Source of the DNA: Bugula neritina
Taxonomy: Eukaryota > Animalia > Bryozoa
Assembly (NCBI GenBank): GCA_964035545.1
Contig: OZ037767.1
Location: 16,610,581-16,674,580, forward strand
Reading direction: 5' to 3'
Length of the DNA stretch: 64,000 nucleotides
Shown here piece by piece: positions 37,101 through 49,900 of this stretch. A program made the translations under genes and the position numbers. Numbering within the stretch: the stretch's first letter is position 1; every line of letters begins with the position of its first letter. Under the pieces are notes generated by a model that was not told the origin of the DNA, ran no database searches, and saw nothing but the letters and a program-made list of their open reading frames with translations.

Positions 37101-39432
37101 GAAGGGATCAAAAGGAATACAAGGACAGACTGGAGTAAGAGGAGTGACTGGCTTAAAGGGAGATTCTGGTAGAGCTGGTAGTCCTGGAGTCAACGGTGAA
37201 AAAGGTGATGAGTAATGCACATTCAATACCCATCAATCTAACTTTAGTTTCATCAAGTTACTTTTACATAGCAGATTACATAACACAAATATTATACTAA
37301 AAAGCGTATTATATTACATAGTATATATTATATTGCTTAATATACTGTATTGCAGATAGTAAAATATATTACTATCAGTTTGGCATATGGTTTTACATAT
37401 TTTAAACTATTTCTAAAGCCCTAACTAATTGAAATTGCAATTCTTTCAAGAATAAAAATCAAATTCTAGCTTAGTATACATTTTTAATGCTAATCTGTAA
37501 CAGAATATTCTTAACTATAGGTACTCATGTTTTTAGGCAAGTAATCGTTGTTAGAATGGTTTTCTTCCAGGTGACAGAGGAATAAGGGGTCTAACTGGTG
37601 TTAAAGGAGCTCAGGGTGCTACTGGAAGAAAGGGAGATGGAGGACTAACAGGTGTAAAAGGTGCGCCTGGAAGTGTTGGAAGACCAGGTTTGAGAGGAAC
37701 ACCTGGAATTAATGGCATACCTGGTGCTAAAGGTGCTAAAGGTGCTTGTGGAAGTGTTGGTAGACTCGGTGCTAAAGGTGCTACAGGTACTCCTGGTGTT
37801 AAAGGTGCAAGGGGAGTTCCTGGAATCAAAGGAGCACCAGGTATAAACATTACTCATGTGGGTCGCCATGAGATTCTATATTCAAAGTAATATTTTAGTA
37901 ACAGGCTAATGTAATATTGAAACACTCTTTCCTCATATGTATTGCAACGTTGGAAATTTTCACACACACACACACACACACTTATTTATCTATAAGTCTT
38001 GTTCCTTAATAGTTGATAGTATTTTTCCCTAATAGTTGATAGTCTTGTTCCCTAATAGTTGATAGTCTTGTTTCCTAATAGTTGGCAGTCTTGTTCTCTA
38101 ATAGTTGATATAGTATTGTTCTTTACTAGCTGGCAAAAAAATGGCCTGCAGCGCTTTAGTTCCCTAATGGTTTATCTAATGTTTTAAAACTACAATTACT
38201 TTAATAAATGATCAGTAGGTAGTTTGGAAAATATATGATGCAAATTTGAAAAAGTTGAAGTAACTAAACTTCACTCAATTGGCAATAGTAAAGTTGAAGT
38301 ATATAATTATTGTGTTTTTTCAATCTTATACTAATTGCTCATATCTCCCAGGATTCACCAATTTATTCAATAGGGGAAGTCTTTCAGATCGGCACGACTT
38401 ATTATAGTTACCATGAATCTCCTTGGAAAACTTGGCAAGATGCCAAAAACTTCTGCACACAGAGAGCAGGTGGAAAACTTGCACAGTTACCTACTTCAAG
38501 TACAGAACGTCAAAGTTTGTCTAACAAGCTGAGAGTTTTTTCAGGTTTGTTTACAAATCACAGAATTATAGACTTTACTACGTCTAACAACATACAGTTA
38601 AGTCTCACTACTTTGACTATCTGATGGACACTCGAATATCAGTTTCTATCAGCAAGTATTTTGCTTTTTAGTACAGAATAGGTGGTACTGTTGATGTAGC
38701 TTATTTCTGGAGCATTCGAATTTTCTAATACAATTATTTAAGTTATTATAATATACATATATTTTATCAATAATGAAGGTGTAAAAGCAACACACGCAAA
38801 GCATCTGTTGACAGCTTAAGTTGAGTGTTAACATTATTGGATATATAGCTGATTTATCTATAATTCCTATTGAAAATAGAAAACAAATCTGGCTTTGTCT
38901 TAGGTTAGAAGTCAATTCAATAACTGTCTTTCATAATTCAACAACTTGCATTACTATACTGAAAGTTTGTTGTCAATTGCAGACTATTATTTTTTTGTTT
39001 GGATCGGAGCAAGTAGAGCTTCTGGCACTTTTAAATGGAATGATGGTAGTTCTATCCCTGACTCTCTCTGGGATTTTGATCAACCAGATAATTATGGTAA
39101 GGTTTTTTCTGTAGCCTACATTTCTTTGTTTACAACAAACATAGATTAGAAGGAAGATTTCTTATCATGCTAATATATCAGATGAACTTGCTATATAATG
39201 TATATGCTCACATTAGAAATCATCACAATAGCATAGAGTACAGTTTTGCTATGAGAAATCAGTCCACTCTTTAATGCTGAATCACTGATGCTTTTAGTAA
39301 ACTATTTCCCAAAAATAACTTATGTTCTTTGTTGTTCTAGGAGACTGTGTTGATTTGGGGTTATCTTCTGGAAAACTCTATAATTATGGATGTAGTAATA
39401 CGCAGTCCTTTCTCTGTCAAATTTCAAGCTAG
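34199..39432 (+). pseudogene. Copy 5: frameshifted collagen exon, neck mini-exon lost; CTLD exons (QPD/LYN) open
   Basis: 1-nt deletion ~36679 leading to a stop at 36873, and a 4-nt insertion ~37057. Neck exon replaced by (CA)10 at 37961-37981. Last exon reads GDCVDLGLSSGKLYNYGCSNTQSFLCQISS*. Confidence 0.78.
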
Positions 39433-41860
39433 TCCACACAGCAACCAATCAGAGTCTAGCTACTCTCTATATCAGAGACACCAGAGTGATTGTTGTACTC
39501 TAAAAGAATATTTGTTATGGTCTAGATAATACTGTAATATGATGTTATTATATTATCACACTGTACTAAGATTCCTATACTTATACTTATACTTATATAC
39601 ACTTACTGAAGCAGACTGTGTTAGTTTATATTTTATATTTTTATAATCATTAACTATCATTAAATTTGAATGTCTAGAAAACGTTAAGTTTGTTTCGGAA
39701 CATGCAAGTTTCAAAATAAATTAAAACAGCTTAATTTATTAAAATGGAAACTATAAGGCCTTATTTTATCAACTGTCTATAGCGCTTTGAAATAATTAAC
39801 ACAACATAATAATGCTACAATTTTTCAATAGCATAACAAATTGTATTATCATCATCATCAATTAGAAAGTGGTACTATATAAGTTCTATATTAAGTACTA
39901 ATGTCTGGTTTTTGAGTTACTGTTATATAATCACATCTCAACTTATCTGACACCTGCATATGGTGGGAATGTGAAAAAGGGCACCTGCTTTCCCTGTCAT
40001 TCTGATATATTCCCATTTACTACAATGACTCATCATTATATCAGCCAATCATATAAGTTTATCATATATTGTTATTAAATTCCCTTAAAGTACTCTGTCA
40101 GTTTGAGATTCCCAAGTATATTATTATACAGTGCAATGATTATAACACTAAAATATATGGGTTGTTGTAACCTAATTTAACTATTCTTACCTGCTTTTGT
40201 ATAATTAAAACTCTATCAAAAACCATAAATTATATTCTATATAAAATATTGTCAACATAGCAAATAAAGCACTTTTTCAAACTTTGAATGATCAAAATGA
40301 AGAACTTTGTATGCAAACGATTAGAAACACAGAACACTGATTTACTGGTCAGTTCAGTTGTTTGTGCAGAAATATCAAACTTTTGTACAAAAGTATGAAT
40401 TATATGTTGTTGTCTCATCGTCATTTACTGTTTCCTGATGCAACTCTAGGTTATATTTATAAATCATGAAAGGAATTGGATAGCAGAAGGGGTATTTTAG
40501 AAAGTGCTAAGGGGTGGTAGAGATTAGGAGTGATAGGGGGTAGCAGAGGATATGGAGGGGATGCTAGGGGATAGAATGAGGTGGTAGAGGGAGGGAGGAT
40601 GTGGTAGAGAGATAAGTGGCTACTTTAATATATAAATATATGCAGAAATAATAATAATGTTTACACAAACTAGACCCGGCCTATCCTTATAAGTCATGAT
40701 CTGAATAAATACAGTATACAGTATATAACTGGAGGTGCTAAGGGGGTGGTGAGAGTGCTTGAGGGTGAAAGGGAATTGAGTGGCTATTACCAAGATATAA
40801 ATATGCAGAAATGTAACAAATTGAGACACCAACTAATTCTTACCCTTAACCATTATTCAAATAAACGCAGTACTAACTTGTTTGTAATTGCTGCAGGTTT
40901 TGAGGGAATGTTAGGGAATCAGAACAATTATTCAAATTATTTTCTAATTTAGTGGAAAATTACTGGGGAAAAAAACATTTCCATTTCAGGTAGTAAGATC
41001 AGAAGAATGCTACATTACAAATGATTATATTACCGTATTAGTATTGTCTATAGCTGTATATATGTAATTGTTTCAAATAATTATAATAATACTATATAGT
41101 CTGTTAGTTCTATCGTATTGAGTTTAATTTAAATATTCAGTTAAAGTTGTATTGCTTGTATGAGAAATGTTATATTTCTATTTATATACATAATAAGATA
41201 GGCAGTATATATATATATATATATTTATATAATAACTTCCATAGATATGAAACATGTTAAATATATTTTATTAAAAATTAATTAAATTATGTAAAAAATA
41301 ACTGACACTTTTTTATAAAGTTCCCAGCAAACTTAGCTATGTTATCTACATATATGTGTAGATCTGTAATTCCAATACTCAAAGGTTATCAATATATTAT
41401 TTTCTCTCATGAATTCCTTTTCAAAATAACAGAGTGTCACATTAACTGGGATTGTATTTAAATTATATAGAAAGAGTAAACTTTGATTTGAGTATAATAT
41501 TTAAATTAATTTAACAGGACTTTTACTTAAATAAGCAAGTGGATTGAGTTTTACAGACTGGTGGGGTTTGCAATAATATAATTACATAATTATTTAATCT
41601 ATTGTCAATCATATCCTTCTAAAGCTCCATAGAACTGTATTTTTATTTTTATTACTATGTTCCTTCAAAAAATCACAGGGTGTTTGCATTATAATACATC
41701 GACATAATTCTTAGAACAAAATATTATTATCTCCCCCTCCCCGTTCTATCCATGTGTTTATATTATATAGTGTTGTAATGTTTTAGTCCAACATATAAAC
41801 CAGAAGAATCAGTTACATTTAACAGTTACTCTCACTTTCATCAGAGTGTACACCTTGAGT

Positions 41861-44410
41861 ATGGTAAGTTCCCTGTATATTTCAGTTTATTTCACTTACT
41901 TTATATATATAAAACTTGATAAATTTATTATATTTATAAATTATTATAATGGTACACAGGATTATAGTTCTAGTCTTCAGCCAATAAAAGAATAGCTGGC
42001 TATGATATATCTCACAGACTATACCCCAAACCCTTAGGGCTTAGGCGATGCATGTCATTATAATTGTTTCAATAACTTCTAGCATTTAAAACAGCTTAGA
42101 GTCAAATCTAAATAGTTAACACAACTCTTTTGCAATGCTAAATGAATGTTTGTTTTTTATTAGAAACAACCTCTATAAAGATCATTGAAAGAATTATATA
42201 CATGTATATATTGTTTCTGATAAAATTTAAGTGCCTATGTAATTAGTTAATTGTTTATGTTGTTATGTTGAAAATAAAAACTCACGGAAGTTCATAGTCA
42301 CTATCCCTGTGTTATGTTAAAAAGACTGCTTGCAATTATATTAAAATTATATACCATAAACTATTTAAAACTTTTTAATTTTCCTTATAATATATTGTGT
42401 AATAGTAGACAGCAATAATAGTTGATATAAAATTATTATAGCATTAGTACAAGTATTAATGTAATTAGCTTACAGAGTATCAGAGTATATTATGTAATTA
42501 CAGCTATTCAATTTATATTCCTATAAACTTTGTTGAAGGAAACAGAAAAGCAGAGTTCAAGGACATCAGAGACACACAGAGGTGTTCACGGAATATCTTT
42601 GGTATTCTGTATTATAAATCTTCTCCTGTGGGTTTCCTTACTACTCTACGGTGTATTTGAAGTATCAAACTTGTACAGAGAAGTTGATAGTCTTACAACT
42701 GCTACTAGAGGGAAACCATCTGCTGCGACCTTGACACAAACTAAACAGGAAGTAGAAGAGAAACTCATAGTGAGGCTCACAGAAGAGATCAGAAATATAC
42801 GAAGAGAAAGTGAAAGAGAAAGAAAGAGTATGGAAGAAGAAAATAAAGAGTTGAAGGAAAAGTTGCTTTCACTAGAAACACAATATGATGACTTCAAGAG
42901 ATTCTGGAAGGAGATGGTAGAGAAAGTAGGTAGTCATTTGTTTACTTATTCACATGAAACAAGCATAGCCCCATTTCTTGGTATATAATAGAATAACTTT
43001 ACTCTAGGTTGTCTCTCATGAGAATAAAAGTGAAGTGAGAGTAGAGAGACCAGAAGTAACTACAAGCTCTGTGTTTATTGTGACTAACACCTCGACTGAG
43101 AATGACAGTACTGACTCAGGGAGTGGTGAATCTCCATTTCTGATTGGTAGAGAGGTGAGATGTAGCATATTATGAAACGCAGTAATGATAAATATATTCT
43201 TTACTCACCTGAAATTGCAATTACAGAGTTATCTATTCCATTGCTTGCAGGTGCTGTTTTATGAAAATAGAGAGAGCAATGAGTGGATAACTCTGGGCAA
43301 TAACTTTGGCTCCACCACATCTGAACGAACTAGTACATATGAACCTGCTAGTGCAGCAGAGAGGGGTAGTTCAGCCAATAGTAACAAATATAAAACAGAA
43401 GAAGGGGACCTCACTGCTCTACTCTACACTTCATTCAAGAAGATTGAGAGTTCTTTGGGCTATGATGACACAAAATTGCCTTTACCTGAGCAAATTGTTG
43501 AACTTCTAGGTAAAGTATATAATATCTATTATGTAATAACAATATTACGCTAACATCAAATTAGTATGTTCTTGTTGCTTTATTCAGGAGTCACATGATG
43601 GTTTTCCATTCCATAGCTTGTAGGCAAGGACCAAAAAGTGAAAAAGGAGTTAACGGAAAATATGGACATCCAGGTATTGATGGTGTGACTGGAGAGAAAG
43701 GAGAACCCGGCATTATGGGAGAGAAAGGAATGTTAGGAGAGAAAGGAGAGCACGAACTTCCTGGTGTTGATGGCAGAATTGGTTGAAAATGAGAACCTGG
43801 TAATAATGGAGAAGTTGGGGTGCCTGAAGCAAGAGGTGAAAAGGGAATGCCTGGAAATCATGGAGAAAAAGGAGCTCTTGGTAGAAATGGAACCAATGGA
43901 GAAAAAGGAGTTCAGGGTTTGAAAGGTGATAAAGGTTTGCCTAGAGAGAATGGACTGCCTGGTGTAGATGGCATTGCTGGTGAAAAAGGAGAACCTGGTA
44001 CTTCCGGCTCAGCCGGCACACCAGGATCAAAAGGTGATAGAGGAATGCCTGGAGAAAATGGAAGAAATGGAGCACCGGGTAACACTGGTGCTAAAGGAGA
44101 GCCAGGTCAACCTGGAGCTCAAGAAGACAAGGGAATGATTGGTCAGAAGGGATCAAAAGGAATACAAGGACAGACTGGAGTAAGAGGAGGGACTGGCTTG
44201 AAGGGAGATTCTGGTAGCGCTGGTAGTCAAGGAGTCAAAGGTGAACAAATAATGTACATTGTGTGAATCATTTATTATTACAAAAAATATTATACTAAAT
44301 AGTATGTTATATTACATATCGTATATTATATTGTGCAATATAGTGTATTACTTATAATAGAACATACTATTATTAGTTTGACATGTAAAATTGCATTAAA
44401 TTACTTCTCA
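41861..44410 (+). pseudogene. Copy 6: closest to copy 1; two nonsense codons and 3' half deleted
   Basis: TGA at 43784-43786 and 43790-43792 in the collagen frame. At 44410 the sequence jumps from the homolog of position 1061 to the homolog of 6156. Confidence 0.88.
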
Positions 44411-45030
44411 GATTAGATTCACGGAATGTGAAAATAACTTTTTATGCCAATTGATTAGAAAATCTAAATGCACATGATATTAATTTTATTAAAATGCAGA
44501 GCCTACATACATGCACAGAGAAAACAATGAAAGGAGGACAACTGCTAATAGTACGTGCACCAATTTCAGCTACATTGAGAGTTATCTTCACATGAGAGAT
44601 GGCCATTTTGAAACACATTTTGTGGTATTACACTGTAATGTAATAACAGAAATATATATTATATTCCTGGTTTTTAACTAAAATAACTTAATTATAAAAA
44701 AATGCTGCTGTGAAAAAATAAATGATGAATTTTATTAATTCATATTTGGGTATTATACATTTGACAAAAATAGTGAAATTTACAAGCAGCTGAGAGTAAC
44801 AGATGAGTATATAGAATGTAACACAAGTAAATGTGGAGAATACTGATGAGCTGTGTATTGTGTTATCCTATCTATTAAATAGTTTCTATATCATCTAATG
44901 ACACTCTACTCCCAACTCATTCCTCGTTATTCCTGACTCGGTGAATCAACAGGAAACAGCGAGTGAAGTACCTGCCCCCTATTGACAGTCTATTCAGCTG
45001 TTCACACAACTCTTCCATTCTGAAAGAATA

Positions 45031-45546
45031 AATATACAGTATATAATAAATATATAATAATTATATAGTATATCATAAATATATAGTATATCATAACTAT
45101 TCTATATAATAATATATAGTATATAATAATATATAGTATATAATAACTATTCTATATAATAATATATAGTATATAATAATATATAGTATATAATAACTAT
45201 TCTATATAATAATATATAGTATATAATAACTATTCTGTATAATAATATATAGTATATAATAATATACAGTGTATAATAACTATTCTATATAATAATATAT
45301 AGTATATAATAATATATAGTATATAATAACTATTCTATATAATAATATATAGTATATAATAACTATTCTGTATAATAATATATAGTATATAATAATATAC
45401 AGTGTATAATAACTATTCTATATAATAATATATAGTATATAATAATATATAGTATATAATAACTATTCTATATAATAATATATAGTATATAATAACTATT
45501 CTGTATAATAATATATAGTATATAATAATATACAGTGTATAATAAA
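45031..45546. repeat. Expanded AT-rich minisatellite
   Basis: Same units as 6781-6950, about three times longer. Confidence 0.88.
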
Positions 45547-45549
45547 CAT

Positions 45550-45760
45550 GGGGTCTAGGGGTTAGAGCGTTTGCCTAGTAAACCCGAAGTCATGTGTTTG
45601 AACTTGACAAAGGCCATTGGTAATGTTAGGAAGAGCGTCCAGTCAATATTGCTCCTGTGTCACATATGAATAAGTACTTAGCCCTATTTAACAAAAGACC
45701 CTTTCTATCAGGGGTTTCTCACAGAAATGATGACTATAATAAACTTGTGTGAGTTTACAT
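45550..45760 (+). mobile_element. Putative tRNA-derived SINE (duplicate of 6953-7150)
   Basis: GGGGTCTAGGGGTTAGAGCGTTTGCCTAGTAAACCCGAAGTCATGTGTTTGAAC tRNA-like head. Confidence 0.45.
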
Positions 45761-46925
45761 ATATAACAAATACATAATGTATAATAAATAGTCTACTGTG
45801 CTTTATATACATTTTCAAGGATTTCGTATGTTTCATTATTTCTGACTGTTTCTGTGTAATAAGAATACTATTACAAATACAACATCTTATAAAAGAATCA
45901 TTTTATGACAATTTTCATAGCTTTTGAAAGTATTTTACATCACATATTTTACAAGCATGCACACATGTATGAATTGCTAAAATAATAATAAAGATCATAC
46001 TGCTGCACAATAAATTGACGCAGAAATGATTTTTCATGGAGCAGGAAATATCATTTAGTTTCCAGACATCTTAATTGGTACTCGTTCAGTTTAGCACAGT
46101 CCTCACTGCTTCCTGGAAGATAATAGTGAAACTACTACTAAATTAAATAATTTCAAATATTTATTTGAAAAGTTGTCTTCCCTTCCCATAGCTAAGTGTC
46201 AGATCTACAAACGTTTTCTGGAGAATCACTTCACAGTTCAGGGATGAAAGTGTGATATGTAACACAACAAGCTAGACAACACAACATTTGACATGTAGCA
46301 CAACAGTATATACATGTCATGTAGTACAACATTTAATATTGTGTAACACAACATAATACACAACATAACATGCCACATGTATTATTACAGTAACAGCATG
46401 CTCATGTACTACTAAAGTCCTATCACACGAGTTGTTTGGTTTTCTATATGATGCCAGAGAGATCCAGGAGTGGAGCTGCCGTCTATTCATTTCTGAACAC
46501 CAGGAACTTTTGCTATGCCGATCCCTAATGTGTGGAACACCTATAAGATGAATATACTTTGTTAAATGAGTTTTCATTAAAGAATTGGAGACAAAAACAT
46601 AATTAGTTTGTCAAAACACTGCTGTTGTAATTATTATAGCTAGTCAGTATCCTTCTGCTGATAATATTAAATACATTCCATGATGTTTTTTGCTGTGTCT
46701 ATGTTTATGTTCATGAAGCTGAGCTGCCATTAACTGGGATTGTATTCTAATTATAGAAGGATGGACTTTGATTTGTTTAAAACTCTGCAATAATTTTAGA
46801 TGACTTTCACTAAAATAAACAAGAGTATTGAGTTGGCTACTTCTGATCTAGTGGATATAAACAGCTGACTGGAGACATTTGACAAATACTTTCACTTTGA
46901 TAAAGGTTGGGTGAAAAACTGAAGC

Positions 46926-49900
46926 ATGGTAAGTTCCCAGTATACTTTATTTTTATGCATGTATGTTGTATGCGTGTATGTAAATGTATTTGTACATGTG
47001 TGGGTGCATTATATGTGCGTGTATATATGCGTGCATGCACATGTATGCATGTGTGTATGTGTATATGTAGGCACATATGTATAACATACATCTATATGTA
47101 TGTTATACATATGTATACAGATGCTTGTAAAGCTTGCTAGGAGCTATGTAATTATATAGTTTTTGGAAAGTTCAGTGTTTTAGCATGCAAAGTGCATTGA
47201 TACATTTTGAAGCTTCTTGTATCAGTTGATGGAAATTAAACGTTCAAAGGTTTTATTAATTTAAAAACTAGTGCATAATGAAAGCGTCTGTAAAATAAAC
47301 TCAAATTAAAGCAATAATTAACTATGCTTTGCAAAATAAAATAGATAAATTATGATTCTGTATAATTGTTTATAGTAACAGAATTAACTAAAAACCAAGT
47401 AGTAGCTTGCTTTTAGGTACTATTGTGAATAGCATGAATATAGTTGAGCATACATTTTTGAAATTTAAAATAAAATAGAAATACAAAGATGAATTATTAT
47501 ATTAAATAGTAAAGCACTTCTGAAGGTGTTGTTAATAATTTTTTTTTTATTAATTGGAATGGATAATTTATTTGCTAACACTCAAGTTTTGAATTGAGTT
47601 AGTGTATAAGTAACTCCAAATTTTAAAATTTACTTCGACTGCATTCATTTTTCTCAACTGTACATTATATCAATATAATTCTATTCAGCGAACCGAGATA
47701 CACTTAAATATAAAAGATATTCTAAAGCTTAAAGCATATTTTTCGGTAATTAATAATTCCGCTGCTTATTTTATTGTCAGAAGAAATTCACTGGCATTTA
47801 TAATTATTGCTAATAATAGACAGCCATAGAGTTCAGTGTAGAAATATAAAATGATAATAGCATTAGAACAGGGGATAGGAGATAGGACAGCAGCTTCTCG
47901 GTGCTATATGTACTTACCGTAATTTATTCCTTAGAAGTTCATAGCATTAAAACAAGAATGAATGCAGCATCTATTGAATTATAACCCGTCTAGTTTCGGT
48001 TCAGTGCACGCATCTTATAACATTGGAAAATACTTTGTGTTTATGGTAATTCAATTTGTTTCTTCAAAATTCATACAAACTTGGTTGAAGGAAACAGAAA
48101 AGAAGAGTTCAAGGACATCAGAGACACGCAGAGGTGTTCACAGAATATCTTTGGTGTTCTTTATTATAAATCTTCTCCTGTGGGTTTCCTTACTGCTCTA
48201 CGGTGTATTTGAAGTGTCAAACTTGTACAGAGAAGTTGATAGTCTTACAGCTGCTACTAGAGAGAAACCATCTGCTGCGACCTTGACACAAACTAAACAG
48301 GAAGTAGAAGAAAAATTCATAGTGAGGCTCACAGAAGAGATAAGAAACATACAAAGAGAGAGTGAACGAGAAAAAAAGAATTTAACAAAAAAAGTTGAAG
48401 TGCTGGAAGAAAAGTTGCGTTTAGTTGACAACCAACATGATAACTTTAAGAGATTCTGGAAGGAAGTGGTAGAAAAGGTGAAGTTAGAGTGTTGGATTTA
48501 CTTACTGACCCATGTGGTGTAATGGTTAGCGAGCTTACAAGCGGGAGGTCTTGGTTTTGAATCCCATTTTATAAAGTTTATAAAGTGTATTGTGCATGAT
48601 ACGCAGATAACCATATTTTACTCAATTGAAATTGTCACCACAGAGTAATCTATTTCGTTGCTTACAGGTGCTGTTTTATGAGAATAGAGAGAGCAAAGAG
48701 TGGATAACTCCAGTCAGTACTTCTGCCTCAACTACATCTGAACCAACTAGCACCGCAGAGATGGGTAATGGTGAAACAGAGCTGCATTCAACCAATGAGA
48801 GTGTTCCATACACACAAAGTTCAGCCAATAGAAACACCTCCAAGACAGAAGAAGGGAACCCTACAGTTCCACTTCATACTTCATTCAAGGATATGGGAAA
48901 TTCCTTGGGCTATGATGACACAGACCTGCCTTCACCTGAGCAAATTGCTAAACTTCTAGGTAAAGTATATAATAATCATTAAATAATCATTTACTCTAAA
49001 ATCAAATAAATATATTCGTGTTGCTTTATTCAAGATTTTCATCATTTATTATTTTATTCTGTTTTTCAGCTTGTAGACAAGGACCAAAAGGCGAAAAAGG
49101 AGTTAATGGAAAAGATGGACATCCTGGAATTGACGGTGCAACTGGAGAGGGAGGAGCACCCGGCATTATGGGAGAGAAAGGAGTGTCAGGAGATAAAGGA
49201 GAAAATGGACTCTCTGGTGTTGATGGCAGAATCGGTAGAAAAGGAGAACCTGGTAATAATGGAGAAGTTGGAGTGCCTGGAGCAAGAGGTGAAAAGGGAA
49301 TGTCTGGAAATCATGGAGAAAAGGGAGCTCCTGGTAGAAACGGAACCAACGGAGAAAAAGGAGTTCAAGGTTTGAAAGGTGATAAAGGTTTTCCTGGAAG
49401 GAATGGACTGCCTGGTGTAGATGGCATAGCCGGTGATAAAGGAGAACCTGGTATTTCCGGCTCAGCCGGCACACCAGGCTCAAAGGGTGATAAAGGAATG
49501 CCTGGAGAAAATGGAAGAAATGGAGCACCTGGTAACACTGGTGCTAAAGGAGAACCAGGTCATACCGGAGCTTCGGGAGACAAGGGAATGATTGGTCAGA
49601 AGGGATCAAAAGGAATACAAGGACAAACTGGAGTAAAAGGAGTGACTGGTTTGAAGGGAGATCCTGGTAGAGCTGGTAGTCCAGGAGTTAAAGGTGCAAA
49701 ATGTAATGAGTAATGTACATACAATACCCATCAATCTAACTTTTACTCTCATCAAGTTATTTTTACATAGCACACTATTACACAAATATTATACTAAGTA
49801 GCGTGTTGTATTATACATAGTATATATTATATTGTTTAATGTATTGTATTGCAGATAGTAAAATATATTACTATCAGTTTGGCATGTGATTTTACATTTA

